Assembly: GCA_001179505.1 (NCBI GenBank)
Contig: CDMY01000077.1
Span: forward strand, 158,080 to 222,079
Length of the DNA: 64,000 nucleotides
Direction of reading: 5' to 3'
DNA from: Vitrella brassicaformis CCMP3155
Taxonomy: Eukaryota; Protista; Chromerida
Of this stretch, positions 1-12,794 are shown one piece after another; position 1 is the first letter of the stretch, and each line of letters starts with the position of its first letter. Below the pieces are notes generated by a model, which worked only from the letters and a program-made list of their open reading frames with translations, ran no database searches and had not been told where the DNA came from. Both the position numbers and the translations under genes were made by a program.

Positions 1-2767
1 GGCTGCTCAACCGCGACGACTCCCACAACCTGTCTTCCTACCGTACTCGGTCGTTCATTAAGGAGAGCAGCGGGGGGCTCCCTGTCGACGCCCGCTTCGC
101 CTTCATCGAGTCTCATGTTGCCAACATGCTCATCGGAGGCGTCATTCTGGCCAACGCCATCCTCGTGGGAGTGGAGACACAGTTCAGGCGTGACTTCGTG
201 ACGGGCAGTGGGAGTGAGGACGGAGTGGACGACCCGACAAGCTTGTTCTGGTCGCCATGGTTTTGGGCCGACATGGCCTTCCTGCTCTTCTTCTCTGTCG
301 AGATCGTCATTCGCTTCGCCTACTACCGGTGGGGCTTCTTCTTGTCCGCCCTCAACGTCTTCGACCTGCTCCTGCTGGTCTCGTCATTTATCGAGCTCAT
401 CATGATTCTCATCATCGAGGCGCAGGGCGGAGGCGCGTCGTCGCGAGTGAGGTACACGGGCTTCCTGACTGCTTTACGTGTCGCGAGACTAGTCCGGCTA
501 GCACGCATACTTCGCGTGGTGCGGTTTTTCCGCGAGCTGTATGTGCTGACTCGCGGCCTTGTCAACGCGTCGAGAGCACTCGTGTGGGTCAGTCTGCTTC
601 TGCTGCTGGTCATCTACGTTGGTGCTGTCTTCACCACCCGCAACCTTGGTCAGCGATACGGCGATGCTGATGCCGAGTGGCGGACGGACGAGCAGAAGCT
701 TGACGAGTGGTTCGGAAACATGCTCAGGAGCATATTTACGCTCTTCCAGGTCAGTCACACCGACTCAACGATTGATGCGAGAGACTCACACCATCCGACC
801 GAGATTCATTCCTTCGTGTCTCGGTGCTGTGGTGCATATACAGGTATTGACGTTGGAAGGCTGGTCTGAGATTGCTCGCACGTCGATGAAGTTCGAGGAC
901 TGGAGCGGCCTCTTCTTCGTCCTGTTTCTCATCTTCACCAACATCTCCCTCCTCAACCTGGTCACGGGTGTCATTGTCGACAACATTCTCGAGATATCAC
1001 GTACGTCAAAGGAAGCACAATGGCGCCTGTGTGCTTGTGTACATGCCTGTCTGTGTCATTGCTGCGTCAGGTCACCATAACGAGACGAAGCACCTTGAGA
1101 GGGCGAGCAAGGAGAAGCTGCAGAACATCGAGCGGCTGCTGCAGATCTTCAAGCTGGCCGACGTCGACAAGGACCACGAGGTGACACGAGAGGAATTTCA
1201 GCAGGCTCTCACCAAGGACGCTGTTATACGGGTGTGTGGCGGTGAATGAACGAACGGCGGGAGAAAGACTGGACATCATTTAGTCATTCATTCATTCATT
1301 CATTTCTTGTCTGCGTGTGCGCAGAAGCTGAATGCCGAGGACATAGCTGTGGTGGACGCACAAGACCTGTGGGAATTCCTCGACCACGAGGGCACAGGCG
1401 CGCTCAGAGTGGTAACTGTCACATAGGACAGATGCAACAGTCACGTCTCTATTTGTTTCATGCCTGCGGCAGAAGGACTTCATCGAGGGATGTCTGCGCA
1501 TCAAGTCAGGAACAGGCAGTAATCAATTGAGTATGTCATTCGTGCATTGTCCCTTTCTTCTCAGGGGGAGCGCCAAGTCAGTGAAGTTGGTTCAGTACGG
1601 CCTTCACAAGATGGCCAAAGGCCTGCACAGGCGCATAGACTGCCTCGAGATGGGATTCAGATCGGAAATCGCCAACGTACTACTGGTAATTGACAGAAGA
1701 ACCCAGCAAAGCCCTCAACGCTTTTTATCACCCTCGTCTGTCTGTCTGTCTGTCTTGGTGCAGTCAATGTCGTCTCACTATGAAGAGAGGCTCTCCCAGA
1801 TCATGACTGCCGACCACACGGCGCCAGACACCCCGGGCCCCAGTCCAGCGCCCTGGAGCTCCTCCTCACGCAAGCGAACAAAGCAGCACTGCGGCTCTGG
1901 ATCGACCCTTGCCGAGCTGTCTGACACGCACCAGCCAGAGGAAGAGGTGGCCAATCAGCCCACAGGCCAGGGCCCGCATCCCTCGCCGGATTTCAGAAGG
2001 CGCACGCTGCGTCACCGGGACATTGAGGGACCTCGCCCACCAATCGCTGGGAGGGGTGGCGTCGCGAGTTTTGAGAACGTGGCTGAGCTCATGAGAAGTG
2101 CTGCGTCGCAGCTGTCGATTGCCGACCAGCTCCAAGGCGCCAAGTCGATGTCGCGAAAGAGGAACATGGGATCCTTTGCCTCTGTCGGCTCGTCGGTGTC
2201 CACCAATCTGGCTGCTGACCTGCCAATGAGGTGAGCGAGTGCAGGTGCGAATTTCGTGCCGGCACCACTCGACTCATTGGTCGTGTCTGTTTGTGTAGAT
2301 CTCATTCACTCCGCCCTCAAGCAAACCGGCAGTCGCCCTCGCAGAGCGCGGCGTTTGCGCCGAGGCACCACAGCATCGCCCCTGCTCGAGGCTCATCTTT
2401 TCGCAGCCAGGGGTCGGTCGAGTCATACAGCTCGTTCATCGGGGGCGGCGGAGGCGACCTGCCGTCACGCGTGCCTCTGGTCCTTCCTTCGCCCCCTCAC
2501 AGCGGCATGCTACCCGCGGGCCCACCAGGCGACACGCCGCAGAGACCCAGATCAAAGGAGCCCTCTGAGGCTGATACGGCCCCGGCCATGAACATCCCAG
2601 CCCGCACTTCTGTCCCAGGCCGCAGCATCAGCGAGAAGCCTCAGCAGCCTCAGCAGTCAGGCCGATCCTGGTTTGGCACTCCACTCCTCGGCAGACGCAC
2701 CATGATGGGGAAGCAGAGCAGCGGCTCTGTCACCAAGAAGCAGGGCAAAATGGTCCAGAGCCTCTAG
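1..2767 (+). CDS. Single-domain (6TM) voltage-gated Na+/Ca2+ channel (BacNav/EukCat-like) with two C-terminal EF-hands; 5' end lies upstream of the window
   Basis: Frame 3 is open from base 3. S4 sensor LRVARLVRLARILRVVRFFR. Pore WFGNMLRSIFTLFQ|VLTLEGWSEIAR across intron 750-843. S6 FFVLFLIFTNISLLNLVTGVIVDNI. EF-hands DVDKDHEVTREEF and DHEGTGALRV|KDFIEGCLRIK|GSAKS. GT-AG introns at 750-843, 1001-1070, 1232-1324, 1412-1472, 1505-1564 and 2231-2298 keep the frame. Ser/Pro-rich tail ends at TAG 2765-2767. Confidence 0.9.
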
Positions 2768-2772
2768 CAACA

Positions 2773-4945
2773 ATGGGCCAAGGGAGCGGGGGCTCGGGAC
2801 CGTCCTCTCCAGCACCGCTGATCGAGACATGGGACACCCCGCCGGGATCGACGCAGGGCGGACCATCTGAGAGAGGGGGATTCCTCAGCTTTACCGGCCA
2901 TCGGAGACACTCTGATGGCTATGGGGGCCACCGATCTCACCACTGGAGCCCCGACCACCCCTTCGACACACTTGGTGCAGATAAGCTGCGAATGGACGCG
3001 AGAATGGTGTATCTCCGCATCAGCGACATGCGCAACCACATCACTCGCAGACTGGTGGGCACATACTACGCATCTTGACAGAACAGGCTTGCCGTAACTA
3101 ACCAATCTTGCGTGTGTGTTTCACTCTCAGGCGACCATGATGGAAAAGATCTGCGGTATTCAGTCGTCCCAGGCCACAATGAGGGACTTTGCTACTCGGA
3201 CTGACATGCGTTTCGACGAGCTCGAGTCCCTCCGGTGCCAGCCAAGCCAGAAGAGAAAAATCTCGGGATCCGACATGCATCTGAAACCGCAGCAGTCCCC
3301 TGAGGTCTCGCCTACCTCGTCTGCAGGGCTGCGCTCTGTCCCTTCCCTCGAGTGCAGCGCTCGTCTGGTCGACGCCCCGCCCGTCTCCTTCACACCATCG
3401 CCTGGAGGCCACCAATCCCAGAAGTCGACTCCCGACCGGCCCGACCCGACATCAAGCAATCCAGCGCCGCCAGAGCGAGCTACGAGTGTCATTCCTGATG
3501 CCCCTGCGCTCCCAGCAGTGACACCGGACCAGTCCCAGGTGGCGTCGATAACGAGCGGCAGCAATGAGGACATTTCACCGACCGGGGCCAAGAGCATCGT
3601 CCGCAACGTATCCAGTGTCGGCCGCACGCGCAAGTCACTGATGCAGGCCTTGTTGCCGAGTACACATGACAGCAAGTGCCTGGATCCGTGCCTGCGGCCG
3701 TCTTCCTCGTCATCAATCTGCAAGAGCGTCGACCGAACTCCTGACCGAAGCCGAGAAGGGGACAAGGACGATCCGGGACAAGTCAAGCTGCACAATGCTC
3801 CGCTGCCGGGTGTCACTGAGTCACACCAGCTACCGCTCGACGCGCCGCCCCCTCTTCACCCGTCAGACCGAGAGGTGTCCTTCAGGAGCTCATCGGCTTT
3901 CCAAGACAATGTGGTGGAAAAGACGTCTCCCTTGTCTGTGCTGCCGCGCTTGGGTGACCGGCGGCCCACGCAGCTGCATCTCGGCGTTCGACGCTACCTC
4001 TCTGTCCCGGCTGCTGGCAAAGAGGAGGGGCAGGTGGAGTCAAGCAAGACGCCGGCGAGCGTTCCAGCAGACAAGAGGAGACTGAAGTCCTTTGACGAAG
4101 AGGCGGCGAGAAAAATGATAGAGAAGGAAAAAGAGGCACATGAGCACAAGAGCACGGCTGATGAAGGCCCTGACAAGAGCCAGAAGGGGGCGGAATTTGC
4201 GGTGCTCGTTGCTGCGGCCGTGACCATGGGAAGGCAGCCGAAAGAAGCCACTAGCGAGACGCCAACTCCTCTTGCCATCGGCCGACAGACTGATGTCCTT
4301 GTCAAAGGGAGGTCCAAGCTGCCAGCTGCCCACCCAATCGGCCCACCCCGCTCGTACACGACCAGCCTGGCCACCCGATCAGCACCTCAGCCCCATCTGC
4401 TGCAAGTCCCGAACTCTACTCCGGCTTCGCTAGAGGTATCGCCACGTGCCACTCCCATGGGCGGCTGGTCGCCGTACACGAGGCCAACAGGCTGGGAGCT
4501 GCGGCCGCCGGGCACGCCGCCTATATCGGAGCTCCAAAGCCAGCCGTCCTCTTCCTCCCTCACACATCGGAGCGCCTACTACACTCCAATGGAGAAGAGC
4601 GACAGCTTCGACAGCTTCGAGCTGTCGGTGTCCTGCGAGACACCCGAGCTTCAACGAGGCCCCCGCGAAGACATCTGTCCCCCGCCCCTCATCACAGACT
4701 CCGCGGGCGATCAAAGCACGGCCGCCGACACCACCCTGCCGACTGTCAAGAGCCCTTATTCGCGGCCGTTTCTCCTGAAGGAGGAGTATATGGAAGGCGG
4801 TCTGATGCAATCTGACAGGGTGCTGTATTCGATAGGCGAGAGGGGCGAATCGATTGAGTCAGAGGAGAAGATGTCTCAAGGCACAAGCAACGTCGGCAGC
4901 GCTTCATCTGTCAAAGGGAAGGAGAGCCCATGCTCGACGACATGA
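2773..4945 (+). CDS. Coiled-coil plus long Ser/Pro-rich disordered polypeptide; probably the C-terminal tail of the channel gene, or a separate gene starting 5 nt after its stop
   Basis: ORF 2773-3078 splices in frame (intron 3055-3130, CTG|GCG) to ORF 3116-4945, giving RISDMRNHITRRL-ATMMEKICGIQSSQATMRDFATRTDMRFDELESLR followed by a 600-aa low-complexity exon. Confidence 0.7.
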
Positions 4946-5996
4946 GCCCTTCCCTCCATACTCAACTTATGCGAATTCGGCGTCGGCGTCGCGTATTGTA
5001 GCATACTGTACTAAAGTTCTTATTGCTACTGTTCTATGCTAGCGCTCCTCTTTTTGCAACTTATGCTAGCGCTCCTCTTTTACGTCAGAGTGACCTGGGC
5101 TGTGATGCGAGGCGTGCCACAGTGCTGAAGAGAGAGCCCGGAGAGTGGGAGCCTTCCGATGTCTTACGTCATGATATGTTTCTCTCAGGCTCGTCTGCGT
5201 GTGCATGTCTACTGTCTGTGTTCTGTACATGTCTAAGGGTGTGTGCACTCTTTCTCTTAGCTTTCATACCCTTCGATTGGCATTGCGCCGGCGTACATAC
5301 GTACGGTCCGTGCAACGCTGCACCTGTACTGTATATATGGAGATAGCGTGCTGAAATCAGCACCATTCTTGGGTAGCGGCATCGTAGACAGCCTTTCTAT
5401 TTTTCTCACACACATTCAACGATGCTGTGTGTCCCTTCTGTCCCTCTCATGTAGACTAGTTTAAGGGTCGACGACCACCATTAGTTTTCCCTGCTGGAGT
5501 GCTTTGGTAGATATGCGTACCTTTGTAGATCTATGCGAAAGGGAGCGCGCCTTTTCAGGCTTCTTTTTCCTGTCTGTCTGCGTTCCATATGTCTGGGATG
5601 TTGGGGTGACAGGCGGGAGCCATTCGTCACCCCTCCTTTTTTAGTGTTCGATCGACCCCTTTGCTTCTGTTCTATACATTTGGTGTCTCCATGTTTGCGT
5701 CCGTGTCTGGGAAGAAGCGACACGGGCACGCGACAGCAGTGATGACAGCTTCTTGTTGCGATGCGACGGACTCCTTAACAGGACAGTGACACGTCCATTA
5801 TCGATGAATCACTCCAGCGCTCATTGAATTTCCCCGCGACAAGACGTGTGACTGCATCGATGTGCTAGTAGGAGGAGTAAGTGCAGAACTGCTCCCGTCA
5901 ACAGTCTTGGGCCAATGTGAGCGTTGTTTGGCTGCATGCACCTCCGTTGGTTCTCCCTTCCTCTGGCCCCCGTAGGCCCCCATACCGGTCGTCGAC

Positions 5997-8900
5997 ATGA
6001 TTCCTCCTCTTCAAGTTCCGGCGCATCCGCAGCGCCCTCCGCGCACCATGCCTATGTCGGCTCCCTCCCCGTACGCAACACCAGTCCCCAACCCGCCGCT
6101 CGACGCTTACCCAAACCCGCCCAGCGCAGGCGCCACAGGCGCCAAGCCGAGGAGGGGCCGCAACAGAAGACTCGTGGCCAACAATGCTGCCTCCGGTGAG
6201 GAGAGGGACGGACCTGCAAGACCCTGATGTGGAAGACAGTGTGTTCCCCATGTGGATGTGTTCTGTAGGGCGGGCTTCACTGTCGTCCTCTGCCAGCCGA
6301 CCTCCTCCCGCCGCCGCCAGCCCCGATGCGCTGCAGCCGTCCGACACGGTGACCGCCCATTCGGCGACGCAGTCGTCATGGAGTCCGACCGACATGGCGC
6401 CGTCGCCGCCACCGCACAGGAACCTTCCTTCGGCGGTGAGCGGGGGGCTGCCCATCCCCATGCCGACTGGGGCCAAGATGTGGCAGTCGGCCGCTGTCAT
6501 GGAGGACAATGGGGAGGATGATGCGCACAGTGAGATAGACGCAGACGGCCGGTGTGCAAGGAATGAACGGCCTGGTTGTGGCTGTCTCATATGTCCGTCG
6601 TGCAGTATCGTTGTCGCCCCGTAAGATGGGCTTGAGTGTGGGGTTCCCATCGTCCTCTTCCTCTGCTTCGGCATGGATCAGCGAGACGCCCCTGTTTGCT
6701 CTTGAAAGGCACCGAAAAGAGAACGAAAGACTGGTAGACACATAAACATGGACAGAAAGGATGTTGCTGTCTCATATCGTTTATTTTCCCTCTGTCCCTC
6801 CTCGCTCGTGCAGCGTGAGTTGAATCGTCAGGAGCGTGAGATGTTTGCGCTCGAGATGCGGCATTTAAAGAACAAGCTCAACAAGTACAGGTCGACCAAC
6901 GTGCAGCTGCAGAACGATCTTAAGGCCACACAGACACTACTCAGCGAATCAAAGAAAGACAAAAGCCTACTACTCCAGGTGGGGACAAACAAGAGGAAAC
7001 CATTCCAGCGTCAGGCCGCAGGAGCCTGCTTGTTGTGTCTGTGTGTCTGTCTGTGTATCAGAAATACCAGTTGCTTCAGGACCAGATGTCGAGTTTCAAA
7101 GCCCAGGTGGAGCACTCGTACGCCGAGAAGAAGGCTGACCTGGAGAGAGTGCACCACCTTGAAGACTGCCTGGCAAAGCTCAGAGACGACCATCAGGTGC
7201 AGGCCGCCCCGAGCATTCATCCATTGGTGTCTCTCGCCTCTTGTGGTGTTTGTCTGCAGGTTGCCCTGACGGAGAGTCAGGCCAGGAGCGTCAAGGTGGC
7301 AACTCTCGAGAAGGAACTCTCCCTGGCGCAGCACCGCATTGAGAAGATGAGCTCCTCTACACTCCGTGTCGACAAGAAGCGCGATGAAGGCGGCAAGACA
7401 CCCAACCGCCGCCTCTCCAAGACCGGCAGCCGCCTCAGCCTCGCTCGGTCCATGCACAGTGTTCACGGGCTGCAGCGGCCCGGACAAGTCTCAGGACAGC
7501 CCAGAAGGGCCACCGGGCCAAGAGGTGGGTGGGGGACACACACCTAGACGGACAAACAAGAGAGACCAAGGAGCACCCCCCCAATGTATGTGTCTCTCCG
7601 CTTCCCGTTCGTTTGTACTCAGCCGCCACCATCGCACCAGGCTTTCCCACCAGCACAGCCATGTCCATGACGCAGATCAGCCCCCTCGCTTTGAACAGCA
7701 CGCATCACCCCTCTGAGGCCGGCCTGTTGACCACTCTGCAGGCCCAGCTGCAGAGTGAGACCCTCCCGCTGATAGAGGCCGATGGACACACTCAGGGTCG
7801 CGACGACGAGAGCGTCATGGACAGCGAGGCTGAGCTGGAGAGCCTGCAGATGCTGCAGGAGGCGTACGCCGAGATCGCTACACTCAGACACCAAAATGAA
7901 CACATCAAAAAGCAAAACGCTGGTGAGCTGGGCGGGTGGGCAGGTGAGGCGATGGAGCAACGTGATATGGATGGAGTGGTGCTATGGTTTGGTGTGTGTA
8001 GAGTTGCAGGCAGCGTGTTCGGAGAACCTGTTGATGAAGGAATTGGAAGACGTCAAGGAGAGGTAAGTTCGTCGGACAGGGAGTGAGCGAGACACAATGT
8101 GCATGGATATGGATATGCACCTTGGCCTCTCAGGTACCAGTCTCTGCAGGAGGCCCTTCGCCTCGGCACAGCAGGTGAGGCGGCAACCTCACCTACACCG
8201 CTCAGCGACGACCAAAGCAGGAAGCCTGCCAAAGAAAGAGAGGGGTGGGCCGAACCCACAAACACACACCTTGTACTTCCATTGGCCATGAGGTGCATCT
8301 CACTTTGTCTTTCGTCCATCGATGTATCAGTCGGCGATCGACTCAGCTTGCACTCACCGGCCCCCCGCCCACTGCAGCGGACTCCGCGCCACCCGGCCGA
8401 TCGTCACACGAGGCACTTTTCTGGAAGTTCCTGCAGGAGCTCTTCAGGGTACCCTACCACCTGCCATACAGCCCTACCCGCATGGACAAGCAGAGAGCGG
8501 TAAGCAATGAGCAGCGCAGTGGTGCGTTGGTGGGTAAGGTGCCCCTGTCTGTCTGTCTGTCTGTTGTGTGCTGCAGGTGTATCGTCGTGTGGTGAAGTCG
8601 TTGCGGTCGTCATTGCGGTCTGACCCGCAGATGTGGCAGCCGGCATGGCGGGACCTGCTGCAGGTGCTCGGCAACGAGAAGGGCGTCAGGCTGCTCAGAA
8701 GACACCTCGCAAGGTCAGATAGTGAGCAGCGGGAAGGTCTCAGGATTTTGGCTCTTGCGTGCAGATTGCGGCTGGAGAAGCGCCACATGAGGATGAGGAT
8801 ACTCAGATTGCGCGTCAAGGTCCGCCCGCCGAGCTGACGGAGACTGACGGCCTTCACATAATCCACCAACATGTGCCTTCATGTATGGGTGAATGAATGC

Positions 8901-11900
8901 ATATACAGATCACTGACGTGGCGTCTCGTTACCGGTCCCACTGCCGGGCTCTCGAGAACCAAGTCAAAGTGAAACAACTGGAGAAAGAGGACCAGGGTAG
9001 GCCTCGTCTAGTGCATGTGCTATAGTGTGTGTCTGGATCTTCTGCATTCATAACACACATACAGTCGATGCTTTGGAGCACAAGCTCAAGGAGATTGTGA
9101 CCGACCTCGAGACACGTGCCGGCGCCCACACAGGCCTCGCAACCATTCACAACTTCTTCAACGAACAGCTCAACGCTATCGAGGCCACAGTAAGCAAAAA
9201 CCCACACGCAACCATCCATCCATCTGTGTGCTTTCGTAGGCCGACGCCGATCGCGACGACCTCTCTCGCATTAAGGACCTCGGCCGCAACCTGCAGATCG
9301 CCCTGCCTGACGCAAGCACCGCCACTATCGGCATCGTCGCGCGGCGGGTGGTCGACGAGACGGTGGACCTACTGCAGGCGCGTATAGCCGAGAAGCAGGC
9401 GAGAGTGGCGCAGATCAAGGCGGGGCTGCTCAACGTAGAGAAGGACCTGCGAGTGCTGGACAAGAGGGCGAGGGAAGAGTTCCAGAAGAAGCTCAAGGAG
9501 TTTGAGGAGGCGCAGGCCAGGAGAGGGGGCGGTGCGGAGGAGGGCGGTGTCGAGGGTGCTGTGAACATGCCAGCTTTGTCGCCGGTGCAGCGGATTCCCT
9601 ATGTGTCGATGATAGAGGGGCCCGACAGCTCTGAGCAGGATGTGCAGACGGATGAGGCAGGTCGGTTCGCCATGAGCTCTGGGTTGGTGGATGGGCACGT
9701 CTGTCACTCTCTGCCTGTCTCTGTATGTGTGTCAGGGATCGTGTCTCAGCGTCTGTTGTTCCAGGACGAGAAGATCTTCAATGAGACCGTCCCGGCCGAG
9801 GTGGTCATCTATGCGATTCGCGAAGAAGTGAGACAGACGCTCCAATGATCCACATACACACACCTCCACCTGCATCACTGCCTGCGCATGTCTGCCTTTC
9901 TGTCTGTCTGTCTGTCTGCCTGTCAGGACATATTGATCCGTGTGATGATGGCTGACCTCGACTGGCCGCTCTTCCTTTACGCCATATTCGACTCAATCAC
10001 ATTCCCTAAAGGTAGGAAGCTACACACATCCCTGCCTGAATGCACGGAGCACGCCATAACACACAGCACACAGAAGCATCTCTTCTCGTGCCTTGCCTTT
10101 TAGATAAGAGTTTGGATGAGTCTGCCATCTCGGACAGCGCCGCCCTCGAGTCATCCTCTGCTCAGCGGCTGGCCACTGCAGTGGCCAAACACGAAGAGGC
10201 AGATGAGGACGACATCACTTCACAAACTGAGGAAAGAGGTACCCCTTGCCGGTGTGCCTGCCCTGCCCTGCCCACCTGTCTGCCTGCGCACCCCTTCGTC
10301 TGTGTGTGGTGTAGGCGGCAAGCATCAGACTATCGACGAGAGCATGGCGTCAAAGTTGGTGGAGCTGATCGATATCGAGTACGTGCGCGGCTTCCCCCAC
10401 CTGGTACTGCTCGGCCAGGAGGACCCTGATGCTGCCAAACACGACCCACAGCCACGGCCCGCACTCGACGTCGACTGCCTCTACAACGACGAACGGGTCT
10501 TCACTTTCTGTGTCAATATCGGTCAGTGAGACATGTGTGAGAGCTCTCACAGCCATTCCTGTCTTTCTGGGTGTGTGATTGGTTCAGGTGGGATTCCTTG
10601 GCTCAGTTCTCTGCTGCAGTGCAAGCGGACTCGCCATGGCATGGTCAGTCAGTCAGTGTCCATATATCTGCGCCCATGGCATGGCTCCATATGAATGTGC
10701 CTCCAGGTGTTTTACCACCTGTGTCTCTACCTGCCGGTCACCGGCTGGTGCCGCTATGCCTCCATGGCCTCAAGACACCTGTGCAGATACCTCGTAACAA
10801 CCAACACAACACAGACACAGACACACGCACTATTCATATCACTCTCTCACTCACCGCTCTGCCCGCTCGATCGATGGATCAGGGTCTGAACAAGCCTTCG
10901 GAGTTCCAGCGGCTGGTGGACGAGTGGCGGCGCAACCCGTCCCTGCTGCAGCCGACGGCCGACGAGCAGATCCACGTGCCCATGTTCGTCCTGGGCGACC
11001 TCGTGGTGCCTCCCGCTGGTGCTACCGGTCTGGCGGGCGGGGGCGGTGGAAGCGTCTCGTCTTTCAGCCGGTCACCCACAGCATACGCGCTGACTTCCAG
11101 TGGGCGACACAGCGTGGAGGATGAGAACACGGCCATGCTGCGCAAACTCCTCGCCGTGTTCGGACAGGTGTGTGTCACTCGAGCATATGTGATATGAGAG
11201 GAAAGCATGTGTGTTGTGTGGTGTCGCTGGGCAGGTGTTCCACCAGGAGCTCGTCGGCCGGGACATCCGGGAAGAGACACTGTAAGCGAAATGAAACAAA
11301 TGCACTGATTGATGACTCTGACGGCATCGCTGTGTGGGGCATGCAGCGATTCCCTTCCCGATTGGCACTTTGAGGAGATCATCATCAAAGGCAGACTCAA
11401 CTCACAGGTGAGCAGATGGCCACCACAGGCCACATGTCACATCGTCCTTATGTCTGCAGGATCGTCTTGGGTTTGTTGAGGAGCTCAACAGCTCGGCAGA
11501 GAAGAGCAAACTCATCGAAGACAAGAAAGCAAGGTGTGCCAGTCACTCTCCCACCCCATCCCTCCAAGCCGACTACGGAAGCACATAGAGCACTGTTTGT
11601 GTCATGTGTCTGCAGGAAGCAAAGAAGGAGCTTCCTCAAGGCCAAACAGAAGGGCAAAGAGGAACCGGTGAGAATGAAAAGGAGCATCTTGATTTGTGCA
11701 CAAGTGACTCACGCACGTGTGTGTGTGTCTTAGGAGGCGGCACTCCAGGCAGCAGCGGCAGCGGCAGCGGCCGCTGGCGGTGCTGAGGGCGAGGCCCCGC
11801 AGGCAGCGCCGCAAATCACAGAAGGAGACATCACATTCCTACAAGTAACACACGCACAGACACACACACACGTGCCCGTGATGTACATCTGGTTTGTTCA

Positions 11901-12337
11901 GGCCGTTCTGCGGATTGCACCCGACGGTTACGTAACGGTGTCATGGGCGCCCGACAACCGTGCAGACACCGTCATCATCGAAGACACGGGGGACCAGACC
12001 GACAGCGGCGGAGAGGCAGCGGGAGCAGGAGACACAACGTGTATGCAACACACACAAACCCACACAAATCAGAAAAGTGTCGCCCAGATGGCCGTCTGCG
12101 TTCTTGTCTGCAGTTCAGCGTCAGAGGACCGTTCGTGTGTCTTTGCCGGCGGCCGAGCATGATGCCTCAGCGGATAGGAGTCAGGAGGGCGAGAGCTCGG
12201 GTGCCGAAGACGGGGGCGGCGCATCCAGCAGCGGATCGAGCGATGAGAGGGAGGGGGGCGGGGAGGGTGAAGCAGAAGGGGAAGGGGAGGCGGACATGTC
12301 GCTGACTGGACCGGATGGTGTAGACAGTAGTACGTAG
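5997..12337 (+). CDS. Large multi-exon hypothetical protein: Pro-rich N-terminus, long coiled-coil, acidic C-terminus; no family recognised
   Basis: Chain of coding-biased exons bounded by GT-AG and (CTGT/GT)n introns, e.g. RELNRQEREMFALEMRHLKNKLNKYR (~6815-6978), LLQARIAEKQARVAQIKAGLLNVEKDL (~9240-9660), LVELIDIEYVRGFPHL (~10315-10520), and an acidic end with stop at 12337. Exact exon boundaries, and whether this is one gene or two, are uncertain. Confidence 0.6.
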
Positions 12338-12794
12338 CCTTCTGTGTGCGTCGGGTCAGAGAGAGGTACATGCGATTCGTTCGTGGGGGAAGGGGCTTTC
12401 CAGCTGCATTTGCTGTACGTACTGTTGTTTGTTATGGCAGGCAGGCAGGCATTGACAATGCGCGCGTACGCGTGAGTCCGTGCAATGTGTCCGTCTACTC
12501 TGCCCGTCCACTCAGTGTGTAGGCATGTACGTACCAACACCGAAAAAGACCATATGCAGTCAGTCAGTACACTACCACGTCTCTTCGACAAACCACCGTC
12601 GTAGATAGCCTGATCCACAGTCGCGCCTACCCGCACGTCACACACACGTACGCAAACTTACACCCGAGGGAAGCATCGCCTCCCTCCCTGCCTGCGGTTG
12701 CCTTGCGCTGCTGACTGCCCGACTACGGAGAAATCCCATACCCACTAATTGCCCTGTATCTCTCTCTACACTACTCCGCCAATCAATCAGTCCG

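Noticed and set aside
2753-2767. 15-nt GT...AG micro-intron removing the channel TAG
   Set aside because: Its length is a multiple of 3, so the frame is unchanged and meets TGA shortly after; it does not join the downstream ORF.
5035-5081. 20-bp direct repeat tatgctagcgctcctctttt (period 27) after the stop at 4945
   Set aside because: Real but only two copies in a probable 3'UTR; most likely a slippage duplication with no further structure.
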